From contig CAVTFE010000088.1 of the NCBI GenBank assembly GCA_963733745.1, positions 79,266-143,265 on the forward strand: a DNA stretch of 64,000 nucleotides, read 5' to 3'. Positions 26,843 through 37,148 of this stretch are shown here, one piece after another (the stretch's first letter is position 1; each line of letters begins with the position of its first letter). This DNA comes from an uncultured bacterium (GTDB lineage: Bacteria > Chloroflexota > Ktedonobacteria > Ktedonobacterales > JADMIN01). The translations under genes and the position numbers were made by a program. Under the pieces are notes generated by a model that saw nothing but the letters and a program-made list of their open reading frames with translations, was not told where the DNA came from and did not search any database.

Positions 26843-27583
26843 ATGCAGGCAGAGACACAGATTGAAGCCCTGATCCCAGGCGCGAGAGAACTCGATCCAG
26901 CCGCACGCAGGCTCACCGCGCTGGATATCGCCTTCCTCGCGCTGCTGGGGCTAATGATCGTGGGACACATCGCTGCAGCCAGGCTCGCGGTTGGTTGGAT
27001 CACCGCCGCTCTTATCGACGCGCTCGCGCTCATCTATCTCCTGGCGTTGCTGGGGCGCCCGATGTGGCGACCCTTGGTTGGGCGACTGATGCTGCTGGGG
27101 CTGATTGCGGGCATCCTGGAACTTTTCACCGATGCGGCGGGACATCAGTTCGCGCGTTCGCTTTTCTATCCGCAAGACCAGCCGCTGCTCTGGGACTCGC
27201 CGTTCTACATGCCGCTTTCATGGATGATCGTGCTGACGCAGCTTGGCTATCTCGCCTGGCGGCTGGCGGGCTTGGCGCCAGGCAGGCATCTTCCCTGGCG
27301 CGCCATCTTGCTGGCGGGGCTGGCGGGCGCGGTCAACGTGCCGTTTTACGAGGAGACCGCCTACCACGCGGGCTGGTGGCGCTATGCGCCCACTGTTCTA
27401 CATCTCGGCCACACGCCAGCCTACGTTCTGCTCTTCGAGGGGCTGGTCGCCGCGGCGCTGCCGCTGCTGACGCTTGGATTGCTCCGATTGCGCTGGCCAA
27501 TGGTAGCTGCGCGCGGCGCGATCCTTGGCCTGTGGATGCCGTGCGCGGCGTTGCTGGCGTGGCTGCTGCTCGGCGTGTGGTAG
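26843..27583 (+). CDS. hypothetical integral membrane protein (about 7 TM)
   Basis: 246-aa hydrophobic ORF with GC3-rich codons. No confident family. Confidence 0.6.
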   Translation: MQAETQIEALIPGARELDPAARRLTALDIAFLALLGLMIVGHIAAARLAVGWITAALIDALALIYLLALLGRPMWRPLVGRLMLLGLIAGILELFTDAAGHQFARSLFYPQDQPLLWDSPFYMPLSWMIVLTQLGYLAWRLAGLAPGRHLPWRAILLAGLAGAVNVPFYEETAYHAGWWRYAPTVLHLGHTPAYVLLFEGLVAAALPLLTLGLLRLRWPMVAARGAILGLWMPCAALLAWLLLGVW

Positions 27584-27618
27584 GCTGAACGGCGACAACA
27601 CGAAGGGCAAGGTGACAC

Positions 27619-28344
27619 ATGACCACGGCGACGACGGCGCTACATCTGCGCGAGCGGACGCCAGAGCAAATCGAAGAAGCGTTGGCCGCGATCTTCGCGC
27701 GGGAGGGACGCGCGCAGACGCTGCGACTCCAGGGGACGTATTCCGCCGTGCTGGGACGCCTGACCGATCCCGCGCAGGAAGCACCCTATCGTTACCTGAT
27801 TCTGCCCACGCCAACAGGTCCCCCATGGACGCCGCTGCTGGAGTTAGGTAATCGCGCCGACGGGCTGGATCGCGCGCTCTCGGCGGAACTCGGCGGCTGC
27901 GCGGTCTTCGCGCTCTTCGTCTATGGCGAGGTCGTCTCCGGCTATCGCTTCGTACGTGACGGCTTCGAGCAGGACCGTTACCTCAGCGACCCCGATGAGT
28001 TCGCGGCGATGGAGTCTTCAGAAGGTAATGACACTCCTGTGGTTGGCAATATTGAGGCGTTTCGCGGCGATCCAGCACGCTTCGCCGACCTGCTGCCGCC
28101 CGACGCGCCGCCGGAGGAGTTCACCCGCGTCGTGCTGCGTCCCGGCTGGTGGGAAGACCACGAGCGTGAAAACCAGGACGACCATGAGGCGTCTGACGAG
28201 GAGTTGGTCGATGAGACCGACCGCATGCGCTGCGTCGGCCTGGCGCTGGAGCTCTGGGGTGCAAGCGAGTATCCCTTCGCCGGTGAACTGGAGGACGGGC
28301 CGGATAAGGGGCGCAGTCCGGCGGTCGCGCTGGCCTTTGCATGA
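27619..28344 (+). CDS. hypothetical acidic protein
   Basis: 241-aa ORF with coding-like composition. No family recognised. Confidence 0.55.
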   Translation: MTTATTALHLRERTPEQIEEALAAIFAREGRAQTLRLQGTYSAVLGRLTDPAQEAPYRYLILPTPTGPPWTPLLELGNRADGLDRALSAELGGCAVFALFVYGEVVSGYRFVRDGFEQDRYLSDPDEFAAMESSEGNDTPVVGNIEAFRGDPARFADLLPPDAPPEEFTRVVLRPGWWEDHERENQDDHEASDEELVDETDRMRCVGLALELWGASEYPFAGELEDGPDKGRSPAVALAFA

Positions 28345-28692
28345 GAATTTTCCTATGCGCAGAGGCGCTTCATCCTGTTATGATGAGTGAGATGAGACGT
28401 TTAGAGCGCTCGATTCACAAAAGCGCCGCTGGCTGGTATGCTAGGCGTTACGGCTGTCTGGCCAGGTCGCCTTGCTGTCCTGGGTCATCCTGGCGCGCCG
28501 CACGTAAGGCACACAAGTGCGCGCGCCATCCCAAACCGATCAGCTATGCTATGCGTACTCTGTAGTGCGTCTGCACGCGGTGGCTCGTCTTCGTAGAAGA
28601 ACAGCGCGGCGCGACAGAGAGTATCGGAAGGAAACGATGGCCATAGCGGCTGCTCCACTGTTGGGAGGAGCCACCGGCCTCTGGAGGATGGA

Positions 28693-29295
28693 ATGGCACG
28701 ACAGATCGTAGATAGCGAACCGAACGCGTTGAGCCAGCCAGGGACGGCGGTGAGCGCTCCTGTTGAGAAGAAGATTCCCAGCTACCAGCCGACGCGCTGG
28801 CCAGTGGTGAACCGGTCGCTCGACTTTGTGGACGCCGTGACGCACGGGCGCGCGGACTGGGCGCAGCGACTGGTGAGCTATCTTTTCGTCGGCGGCTTCG
28901 CGGCGCTGATTAACCTGGCCGTCTTCTCGATCATCTACTATTGGGTGTTTCCGATTCCCCCCAATACAACCGACGAGTTCATCCGGGGACTCCACTGGTT
29001 CGTCGCCTTTGCCATCGCAACCGAGATTTCAATCCTGGCGAACTTCATCCCGAACGACTATCTCACCTTCCGTCATCTGCCAGGCCATAAGCGCACATGG
29101 CTGGAACGCTGCGTTCGCTTCCACATGACCTGTGTCGCTGGCACGCTGTTGACGTTGGGCATCTCGTTCGCGCTACATTTGGTTCACGTCCAGGCGTGGA
29201 TTGCGCAGGCGATCGCGCTGATCCTGGTGACGGCGTTCAACTTCACCGCGCACCACGTCTTCACCTATCGCCACAAAGAGCCTGCCACTGCCTGA
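28693..29295 (+). CDS. GtrA-family membrane protein
   Basis: Four TM segments, with VGGFAALINLAVFSIIY and FNFTAHHVFTY typical of GtrA-like proteins. GGAGGA upstream. Confidence 0.8.
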   Translation: MARQIVDSEPNALSQPGTAVSAPVEKKIPSYQPTRWPVVNRSLDFVDAVTHGRADWAQRLVSYLFVGGFAALINLAVFSIIYYWVFPIPPNTTDEFIRGLHWFVAFAIATEISILANFIPNDYLTFRHLPGHKRTWLERCVRFHMTCVAGTLLTLGISFALHLVHVQAWIAQAIALILVTAFNFTAHHVFTYRHKEPATA

Positions 29296-29323
29296 CCAGC
29301 CGCACAAGACGCCAGATATTACT

Positions 29324-29368
29324 AGAGGAGCTTCTTATGAGAAGCTCCTCTTGTCATTTCTGGTTTCT
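29324..29368 (+). terminator. intrinsic terminator after the GtrA-family gene
   Basis: Perfect 12-bp stem agaggagcttct / agaagctcctct with loop tatg, followed by the T-rich tgtcatttctggtttct. Confidence 0.7.
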
Positions 29369-29522
29369 ATGCGCAATCTGTTCTTAGAAGACAACCTGAC
29401 ACGACCCAGCCTAATTCGCTCGGTATGAATAGTCAGGAATCATGGGCTGGCGATCTGATACGATCGGCCTGGCTCAGAGTGGCTGAAATCACATGGACCG
29501 CAGCCGAAGAAAGGTAAGTGCG

Positions 29523-30326
29523 ATGGCGATTCGTATCTGTGTCGCCGGGGCGACTGGCTGGGCCGGAGCCGCCGTCACCCGCCAGATTCTGGCGTCCAAA
29601 GAGGTCGCCCTCACTGGCGCCGTCGCACGCAAACAGGCGGGAAGCGACATTGGCGAGGCGCTCAGCCGGGCTCCTGCTGGCGTTCTGATTGCAGGCTCTG
29701 TGGAAGACGCGCTGCGGACGCCGACGGATGTCCTCATCGACTACACCCGGCACGACGCGGTGAAGGCGCATACCCTCGCTGCGCTGGCTCAGGGGGTCCG
29801 CGTCGTCATCGGAACATCGGGGCTTACGGCGGCGGACTACGCCGAGATCGGCCAGGCGGCGACCGAGCGGGGGCTGGGCGTCATCGCGGCGGGCAACTTC
29901 TCGATCACCGCTGCGCTCGCCAAGCGCTTCGCCCTGATGGCAGCGCGTTACGTTCCGTCCTGGGAGCTGATTGACTATGCGCATGGTGAAAAAGCCGATG
30001 CGCCCAGTGGCACGGTGCGCGAACTGGCAGAAGAAATCGGGCGGGTTGCCAAGCCGCACGTGGAAGTGCCCATCGAAGAGATCCACGGGGACGCCGCGAC
30101 GCGTGGGGCGACGATCGAGGGGACGCAGGTCCATTCCCTGCGACTGCCGGGCTATGTCATCGCCTTCGAGGCGATCTTTGGCCTGCCCGATGAGCGCCTG
30201 ACGATCCGGCATGACGCAGGAGCAGGCGCAGGGCCATACGTCGCCGGGACGCTGCTGGCAGTGCGCAAGGTGATGGAGACGACAGGGCTGGTCCGTGGCC
30301 TGGATACGCTGCTCTTCGAGGATTGA
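29523..30326 (+). CDS. dapB: 4-hydroxy-tetrahydrodipicolinate reductase
   Basis: IRICVAGATGWAG NAD(P) loop, VVIGTSGLT, and HGEKADAPSGT substrate loop. Confidence 0.9.
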   Translation: MAIRICVAGATGWAGAAVTRQILASKEVALTGAVARKQAGSDIGEALSRAPAGVLIAGSVEDALRTPTDVLIDYTRHDAVKAHTLAALAQGVRVVIGTSGLTAADYAEIGQAATERGLGVIAAGNFSITAALAKRFALMAARYVPSWELIDYAHGEKADAPSGTVRELAEEIGRVAKPHVEVPIEEIHGDAATRGATIEGTQVHSLRLPGYVIAFEAIFGLPDERLTIRHDAGAGAGPYVAGTLLAVRKVMETTGLVRGLDTLLFED

Positions 30327-30563
30327 CCGGCGCAACAGAAGCCAGTCCAGCGCAGTCAATCTACGGGCTATACCGTATATTTCGCTGCAAACGGCGCGCG
30401 CTTCCCTTCCCTGCTTGCCGTTCGCTCCGTCTGGGTGTTAGGATATTCGGCACGAGTCCACTCACGCCTGAATTGATGGGACATCTGTTCGTATCCGCCC
30501 TCTCACTCGGTGTTGGGGCGGGAGCGGCGACGATGTTCTCGCGTGTTCTGGCGTGGGGAGCGT

Positions 30564-31595
30564 TCTATGCGCATCGACGAGCTTGGCGAGTTCGCGCTCA
30601 TCGAACGGCTGACGGTGAGGCTGCCCTCGCGGGCGGATGTCGCGCTGGGAGTCGGCGACGACGCGGCGCTGCTGGACCTTGGTGGCTTTGCGGCGGATTC
30701 GCTGCTCGTGGCGACGTGTGACGCGCAGGTCGAGGGTCAGCACTTCACGCTTGGCGTCGCGACGCCTGAGGAGATCGGCCACAAAGCGCTGGCTGTGAAC
30801 CTCAGCGATCTCGCGGCGATGGGCGCGGAGCCGCTCTGGGCGTTGGTCTCGCTGCTGCTGCCTCGCGCGTTGGAGGTCGCCACGCTGGACGGCGTCTACG
30901 CAGGGTTGCGTTCGCTGGCCGCGCGCTACTCCGTTGCGCTGGTCGGCGGCAATGTCTCGGCCACGGATGGCCCGCTGGCGATTGACGTGACTGCGCTCGG
31001 CCGTGTTCCCCGCGGCCAGGCGCTCACCCGCGTGGGTGGGCGACCCGGCGATCTCGTCCTCGTGACGGGAACGCTGGGCGCGGCGGCTGCGGGTGTTCTG
31101 CTGCAAGGCGGCGATGCCCGGCTGGATGCGGTCTCGGATGAGGTGAAGGCGAAGGCGCGCGCTGCGCTGGTCAGTCCGCAGCCACGTGTTGCGGAGGGAC
31201 AGGCGCTCGCGGCCGGTGGCGTCGTGACGGCGCTGCTGGATGTAAGCGATGGGCTGGCGGCGGATCTGGGACATCTCTGCACGGCGAGCAACGTCGGCGC
31301 CGAGTTGGACGCCAGCGCCATCCCGGTCGATCCGGCGGCGCTGGCGGTCGCGGACGCGCTGGGGCTGGATGCGCTACAACTGGCGCTGGAGGGCGGCGAG
31401 GATTACGAGCTGGTCTTCGCAGTCCGGCTGGATGGAATGGAGCGTGCGCTGGCGGCGGTCGCCGAGGATGGCGTTGGCGCGCGGGTGATCGGGCGCCTTA
31501 CCGAGCCTGGCTCGGACCTGCGGATGCGGTTTGCGGATGGACGGATTGAGCGGCTTGTGGCGCGTGGGTGGGATCACCTGCGCCCTCAACGATAA
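30564..31595 (+). CDS. thiL: thiamine-monophosphate kinase
   Basis: MRIDELGEFALIERL, VGDDAALL, IGHKALAVNLSDLAAMGA. Confidence 0.9.
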   Translation, partial: SMRIDELGEFALIERLTVRLPSRADVALGVGDDAALLDLGGFAADSLLVATCDAQVEGQHFTLGVATPEEIGHKALAVNLSDLAAMGAEPLWALVSLLLPRALEVATLDGVYAGLRSLAARYSVALVGGNVSATDGPLAIDVTALGRVPRGQALTRVGGRPGDLVLVTGTLGAAAAGVLLQGGDARLDAVSDEVKAKARAALVSPQPRVAEGQALAAGGVVTALLDVSDGLAADLGHLCTASNVGAELDASAIPVDPAALAVADALGLDALQLALEGGEDYELVFAVRLDGMERALAAVAEDGVGARVIGRLTEPGSDLRMRFADGRIERLVARGWDHLRPQR

Positions 31596-31616
31596 GCGTA
31601 GAAGGTTGCTGAACGG

Positions 31617-32318
31617 ATGAACATCAAGATGGATGACGAACAGGAGCAGGAATCCCGCTACGAGCAGGAGCGCGCGCGCATGCATGAGATGGATGACCTG
31701 GTGAGCGCGCTGGCCGCGCAGACGACCGACCTCGGCATCACCTCTGAGGACACCTTCAAGAATGCGGCCTCGTCGCTCTTCGGTTGGGGATTGGATGGCG
31801 CGCGTAGCGTGCTAGAGGAGACCCATCCGCCGTATCAGGACCCCATGCTTCACGAGCGTATCGTCGAAGCCATTGCCGGGGCGTCATCCTCTGGTCAGCA
31901 GTTGCGCCGCCTGACGGAGCTCCAGCAGATCGCCGCCTCCTTCGCGCGCATCGGCTCCCACGCGCGCGAGATCGCCGGCCATGCCGTCGAGATGGGTGAG
32001 ACGGTGGACCGCGATCTGCAGATGGCGTTCGCGCCGATCTATCCGCTGCTCTTTGGTCTGGTACAGCAGGCGTTCGTCGAGATTCGCGGCAGCATCATGA
32101 TCTCCAATGCGCAGGACATTGCCAAGGCGCGGCGGCTGCTGGATGAAGATAGTCAGATGGACCTGCTCTATATCCGCTTCCAGGGGACCGTGCAGCAGGC
32201 GATTGACTACATTCCGATGCGCTCTTTCCTCTTCCTGCAGGCGCTGCTCGTCGGCGCACAGATCAGGGGAATCGGCGACGATGTGCGCGCGATCTGCCGA
32301 GCGCTCCTGCACCTATAA
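31617..32318 (+). CDS. hypothetical helical protein (weak PhoU-like repeats)
   Basis: FARIGSHAREIAGHAVEM and IRGIGDDVRAICRAL resemble PhoU-type repeats. The assignment is weak. Confidence 0.5.
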   Translation: MNIKMDDEQEQESRYEQERARMHEMDDLVSALAAQTTDLGITSEDTFKNAASSLFGWGLDGARSVLEETHPPYQDPMLHERIVEAIAGASSSGQQLRRLTELQQIAASFARIGSHAREIAGHAVEMGETVDRDLQMAFAPIYPLLFGLVQQAFVEIRGSIMISNAQDIAKARRLLDEDSQMDLLYIRFQGTVQQAIDYIPMRSFLFLQALLVGAQIRGIGDDVRAICRALLHL

Positions 32319-32347
32319 GCCATTGCGACCCATTTAAGCCATTGCGG

Positions 32348-32824
32348 TCAGCGTGTCCCAATATGATCGAAAGGCGCCTCTCGCGCCGCGACCATCTGCT
32401 CTAACTCCGCCAGCGCGGCGAGCGCCTGCGTGCGAGTTGACGAGTCTATGGCGTCGTCTTCGGTGAACTCGTCTTCGTCGAGAATCAGCGTCTCCCCATC
32501 CGGCGCGACCCACAGATCGAGCAGCAAGTCGCGGCAGCGTATCTCCGTCTCAGTGATCGTCGCCGGTTCGGCGATGTTGCAGTACCAGCCCTTGAGCGCG
32601 CCGCCGCTTTCCACGATCTCGAAGATGTTGTACCAGCGGTCACGATAGAACCACTCGCGGAAGCGATCCCCTATCTCGAATGTGGTATAGCCGAGCGCCA
32701 GCCTCGGGCGTTCCCAGCGCGCGTCGAGCAGGACGCCGTTAGCAAAACGCTCGGCGATCGTCGCGGCATACGAGGTCACGAGCCGACCGCGCGTATCCAG
32801 CTTCTGCACAATGACTTGTTCCAT
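32348..32824 (-). CDS. DUF402 (FAU-1/Ntdp-like) domain protein
   Basis: RWYNIFEI..GWYCNIAEP..DLLLDLWVAPDG. Confidence 0.75.
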   Translation of the reverse strand: MEQVIVQKLDTRGRLVTSYAATIAERFANGVLLDARWERPRLALGYTTFEIGDRFREWFYRDRWYNIFEIVESGGALKGWYCNIAEPATITETEIRCRDLLLDLWVAPDGETLILDEDEFTEDDAIDSSTRTQALAALAELEQMVAAREAPFDHIGTR

Positions 32825-32826
32825 AG

Positions 32827-34068
32827 CTATGCGCCATGCTCGAAACGAGCGGGATCGAAGAGATCGGTGTCAGGATGCGTCCTGCCCTGGATCAGCGCCG
32901 TCAGCACGCGCGCAGCGGAGATGGCGTAGGCGTTGCCGTGGCCGGTGTAGCCTCCCGCCAGATAGATATGCTCGTGGCCTGGCAGTTTCCCCACCAGCGG
33001 CATACCATCCGCGCTGAAGGCCATCACACCGGCCCAGCGATGCTCTACGCGCGCGTCCAGCAGGCCGAGCGTCTCGCGCACGAAGCGCTCCAGATGCGGC
33101 TGGACCGTCTCGTTCGGCGTCTCATCCAGCCCGTACTCGCTCGCAATCGCGTGGTTGCGCCAGCCGCCGACCGCCAGCCGCCCATCGGGTAACTGCCGCC
33201 AGTATTGGTAGCCCTTGTCGGCGTAGCAGGGGCAGGAGAGTCCCAGATCGGCGACGGGCGCGGTGGTGAGCATCTGCCCGCGCGTCGGCGCGATCACGCG
33301 TGCCAGCCACTCTGCGTCAAGTAGCGCGCCGCTCTTCCCAAGCCAGGCGTTCGTCGCCAGCGCGAGCGTCGCGGCAGTGACCGCGCCTTCCGGCGTCGTG
33401 ACCTGTACACCATTGGCGTCCTCGGCGATGGCGGTGACAGGGCTGTGATCGTAGAACACCGCGCCAGCCTCGTCGGCGAGCGTCGCGATTCCGCGCACGA
33501 AGCGCGCGGGCTGGATCTCGGCGTCAAGCGGGTGATACGACGCGCCCAGGTACGTCGCGCGCAGCTGTTCCGGCAGATCAGCGCGGTCGAGGAGCTCCGC
33601 CTTCCAGCCGTCTCCCGCCAGCAGCGCGACGCTCTGGCGTATCTCCTCCAGTTCGGCCTCGGTGAGGGCAATGCGCAGGCTGCCGTTGCGCGCGAAGCCC
33701 GTCGTGATCCCGCGCTCATGCAACTCACCAGCCAGCTCTACCGCCTGCGCGTTGTTGCCGGCGCTGTAGGCCCAGATGCGCCGGGCGCGGTCGGCTCCGT
33801 AGCGCTCGCGGGCGGCGGCGTAAGCTTCGGCTGTGCCGCCGAGGAGGAAGCCCCCGTTGCGTCCGCTGGCTCCGGCGGCGATCTCGCGCGCTTCCAGCAC
33901 GACTGGACGCAGGCCCGCGCGCGCCAGCCAGAGCGCGAGCGAGACTCCCGTGATCCCTGCGCCGATGATGGCGACATCGGCGGTGATCCGCTCGCGCAAC
34001 GGATGCGCATCCGCCGCGCCAGCCTCAGTTTGCCAGTAGGAAACGCTCCCCATTGCCCAGCCTTTCAT
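32827..34068 (-). CDS. FAD-dependent oxidoreductase (DAO family)
   Basis: N-terminal DVAIIGAGITGVSLALWLARAG dinucleotide-binding motif. 413 aa. Confidence 0.85.
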   Translation of the reverse strand: MKGWAMGSVSYWQTEAGAADAHPLRERITADVAIIGAGITGVSLALWLARAGLRPVVLEAREIAAGASGRNGGFLLGGTAEAYAAARERYGADRARRIWAYSAGNNAQAVELAGELHERGITTGFARNGSLRIALTEAELEEIRQSVALLAGDGWKAELLDRADLPEQLRATYLGASYHPLDAEIQPARFVRGIATLADEAGAVFYDHSPVTAIAEDANGVQVTTPEGAVTAATLALATNAWLGKSGALLDAEWLARVIAPTRGQMLTTAPVADLGLSCPCYADKGYQYWRQLPDGRLAVGGWRNHAIASEYGLDETPNETVQPHLERFVRETLGLLDARVEHRWAGVMAFSADGMPLVGKLPGHEHIYLAGGYTGHGNAYAISAARVLTALIQGRTHPDTDLFDPARFEHGA

Positions 34069-34087
34069 ACACGCTCAACGCACGAGC

Positions 34088-35440
34088 TTATTGTACCTCT
34101 CCTATACGGATAGCTTGCGCGATGGCGCGTTCGGCGGCGCTGGCGACGGGTAGATCGGGGAAGAGCCGCTGCGCGTCGGCGTTCACGGCAAGTGACACGC
34201 CTAAACGCAAGAGAATCTGCGCTCGTGGCGGCGCGCCAGCGTTATTCTGTGGCGAGAATTCGAGGACGCAGCCGTTGGCTGATGGCGGATACTCAACAAA
34301 CGCGCCGGTATTGAAAACAGCGTCAGTCGCCTGATGTGAAATGCGCTCCAACTGCGATGGCGATATGCAGGCGTCGGTAGTAATAGATCCTCCCTCTACG
34401 AGAGACCAACTCTTATTAGAATAGGTGACGAAAGCGGTGGCAATACTGGGTTCGTCTGTGGAGCGCGCTGTGAAAGTGGCGCCACTCGCCGCCATGTATT
34501 GCCAGCGCAATCCGACCCTTACAAGGAGAATCCATCCGACCGAATTGTAGTATGTATCCTGCACGCAGAACTCGCCGCAGGGCTGGCCCTCGTCGTCGAA
34601 ATCAGTGTCAGATGCTGGCTGGCGCGCCTCAACCGTCAAGGTCACCATCATTCGCTCACGCGCGATGGCGACATTCCCTTTCTGGTCGAGGTAGTGCATG
34701 CCTGGCTCGATGGTGATCGCTGGATATGGCGAGCCATTTTCCAGCAGCGTTTGGAGTTTCGAGCGCGCGTAACTATCCATCGTGGACAATGTCGCGTTCA
34801 TGTCCAGCGCTCGCAGCCCCTCGCCAATGGGATGGCTGGCAAGCGCTCGATGGCTGGGCGCCTTGCACGTATCGCTCGCTCTGGCAGGCGCGCTCACTGT
34901 GCAATGGGTCGGATGAAAGGGCGCAGCCACATAATCGAGCGTGTGCTGTCCTGGTGGCAATCGGTAGGAATGATACCCATTGTAGCCGTCGAGGTCGGTG
35001 GCTCCATCTGTTCGCCCATCCACGCGCAAGTTGCCCCAGGGAACGGTATGCGCGAGCAAGATAATGTCTGAACCTAATGGAAGCGTCGCGGTTGGTTCAG
35101 GCGCGAGCAGCCGCAGCGGAGCCTTTAACTGGGAGGCGGCGTTGGGAACAGTCAGGATGATGGCGACGGACAGCGCCACGGCTAGACCAGTCATGGCTAT
35201 CTGGAGCAGGCGCCTGCGCAGACGCGAGCGAAGGCTACTCTCCAGAGCGTTGTGAGAGGCGACATATTGCCTGGCGTCTCCTGACTCAGACATCTCCGCA
35301 GCAGGCTCAGAAGGTGGCGTCGCCGTGCGATCATCCAGTCTGGAGACCTCAAACTCGACGTCGTTCGTGGCTTCATCGTCTCGCATGCCGGCCATGAGCG
35401 CGGATCTCCAACCTATGTGCGGCGCGCCATCACCGATCAT
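34088..35440 (-). CDS. hypothetical single-pass membrane protein with a large extracytoplasmic domain
   Basis: 450 aa. Acidic N-terminus, TM helix (IAMTGLAVALSVAIILTV). Transcribed divergently from the ECF sigma gene. Confidence 0.6.
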   Translation of the reverse strand: MIGDGAPHIGWRSALMAGMRDDEATNDVEFEVSRLDDRTATPPSEPAAEMSESGDARQYVASHNALESSLRSRLRRRLLQIAMTGLAVALSVAIILTVPNAASQLKAPLRLLAPEPTATLPLGSDIILLAHTVPWGNLRVDGRTDGATDLDGYNGYHSYRLPPGQHTLDYVAAPFHPTHCTVSAPARASDTCKAPSHRALASHPIGEGLRALDMNATLSTMDSYARSKLQTLLENGSPYPAITIEPGMHYLDQKGNVAIARERMMVTLTVEARQPASDTDFDDEGQPCGEFCVQDTYYNSVGWILLVRVGLRWQYMAASGATFTARSTDEPSIATAFVTYSNKSWSLVEGGSITTDACISPSQLERISHQATDAVFNTGAFVEYPPSANGCVLEFSPQNNAGAPPRAQILLRLGVSLAVNADAQRLFPDLPVASAAERAIAQAIRIGEVQ

Positions 35441-35618
35441 TTCCTGTGGTGCGGCTATAGTATAGCTGACAACTCCCTAGAGGATGACTGGCGATGTGGC
35501 ATGCTGTAACAGCGTCTTCATCTGGCCACGTGAGATCTCATGTGGCTCACTGCAACCATCTGGGTGTGCGCCGTGTTTGATCAGCGTAGAAGACACACGA
35601 TGCGGAAGGACAACACGC

Positions 35619-36327
35619 GTGGACGACCTGACGCTTCTCACCACGCTGGCGCGTGACCTCGACACCGGATTCGAGGCGCTCGCGCTAGCCTATCAGCGCC
35701 GGCTCTATGGGCTGGCGCTGCGATTGACTACCAGCCCGCCCGATGCGGAGGAGATCGCGCAGGATGCGCTCGTGCGCGCCTATCGCGCGCTGGCGACCTA
35801 TCCCACCGAGCGTATCGAGGCGCTCTCTCTGCGGCCCTGGCTCTACCAGATCGCCGTCAACGTCTGGCGCAACCGTGTGCGGAAAGCGCGGTTGCGCGAG
35901 GTCTCGCTGGAGGGTGACGACGGCGCGACGGCCTTCGAGGCGCCCGGCCCCAGCGGAGACACAGCCGGAACGGCAGGCGGAATCCAACGAACGCAGGCAC
36001 GAACTGGGCGCGCTCGTCGCAACGCTCGCGCCGCGATACCGCGTCGCGGTAGTGCTGCGCCACGTCTATGAGTTGACCTATCCCGAGATCGCCGAGACAC
36101 TCGAGCAGCCGGTGGGGACGGTCAAGGCAAATGTCCATCGGGGCGTGCGCATCTTGCGCGCGGCGCTGCTGGCGCGTCCCGATACGCGGGACGACGAGTA
36201 CGGACCGCAAACACAGGCGGGCACAGGCGAGATCACACAAGATGTCAGGCACGATATGGCGTCGCTTGACGTGGCGCAAGGGCGTCCGCTGGCGATGGTA
36301 ACGCGATGGGAAGGAGCGCGACGATGA
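35619..36327 (+). pseudogene. ECF-type sigma-70 factor with one apparent frameshift between regions 2 and 4
   Basis: Region 2 (DAEEIAQDALVRAY..RPWLYQIAVNVWRNRVR) is in the frame of GTG 35619. Region 4 (RYRVAVVLRHVYELTYPEIAETLEQPVGTVKANVHRG) is in the next frame. The switch lies at about 35940-35960. Confidence 0.75.
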
Positions 36328-37148
36328 CAGGTCTAACGGAGAAGGCGGACAAGACGCCTCGGGCGACGCTCGCGGAGGCGCGAACATTGACGCGCGCGCT
36401 GCGCGCGCTGGCCGATGTGGCCGAGCCGCCCACTATCGCACAGGGGGCGCTGGCGCGTCTGGGCCTGCTTGACGAGTATTTTACCGTCGAGTCGCCGCTT
36501 GGCCTCGTCTACGTCGCCTACAACGCGCATGGTGTCTCCGCCGTGCGCCGCGCGCGCGACGCCGAGACGTTTGAGCGCGACTTCGCCGAGGAGTTTGGGC
36601 GGCGTGTCATCCCGGAGAAAGAGCCTGACGCGACGCTGGCGCACAACATCGTGCAGGTGATTCAGGGCGAGCGCCGCCGTGCCCTGCGGTTCGACCTGCG
36701 TGGCGTCTCGGAATTCGAGCGCGCCGTCTTGATGAAGGCGCTGGAGATTCCGCGCGGCGAGGTGCGCCCGTATGGCTGGATCGCGCGCGAGATTGGACGG
36801 CCAAGCGCGTCGCGCGCGGTCGGATCGGCGCTCAAGCGCAATCCTGTCCCCCTCTTGATCCCCTGCCACCGCGTCGTGCGCAGCGATGGCCTGATTGGCG
36901 AATATGCGCTGGGCGGCGAGGAGGCGAAGAAGACGGTGCTGACTGCTGAATCCGTGGACGCCGATCGGCTGGAGGCGCTGGCGCGCGAGGGTATTCGCTT
37001 TTCTGCCAGCGACACTACCCATATTTTCTGCTATCCGACCTGTCGCCACGCCCGCCGGACGACCTCGGCGCACCTGATGTGGTTCGCCTCGGAGACGGCC
37101 GCGCGCTCGGCTGGCTACCGTCCGTGCCGCGTCTGCCGCCCAGCCTAA
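36324..37148 (+). CDS. ogt: methylated-DNA-protein-cysteine methyltransferase fused to a C-terminal Ada-type zinc-finger motif
   Basis: PCHRVV active site. C-terminal FCYPTCRHARR...YRPCRVCRP resembles the Ada N-terminal Cys4 domain. ATG 36324 overlaps the sigma stop (ATGA), and GGAAGGAG lies 7 nt upstream. Confidence 0.85.
   Translation: MTGLTEKADKTPRATLAEARTLTRALRALADVAEPPTIAQGALARLGLLDEYFTVESPLGLVYVAYNAHGVSAVRRARDAETFERDFAEEFGRRVIPEKEPDATLAHNIVQVIQGERRRALRFDLRGVSEFERAVLMKALEIPRGEVRPYGWIAREIGRPSASRAVGSALKRNPVPLLIPCHRVVRSDGLIGEYALGGEEAKKTVLTAESVDADRLEALAREGIRFSASDTTHIFCYPTCRHARRTTSAHLMWFASETAARSAGYRPCRVCRPA

Noticed and set aside
28345-28692. Small ORFs (74 and 64 aa) and a GC-rich hairpin (about 28491-28535) in the 348-bp gap before the GtrA-family gene
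   Set aside because: The ORFs are Arg/Cys-rich with no SD and look non-coding. The hairpin has no U-tract and no recognisable motif, which is not enough to call an RNA element.
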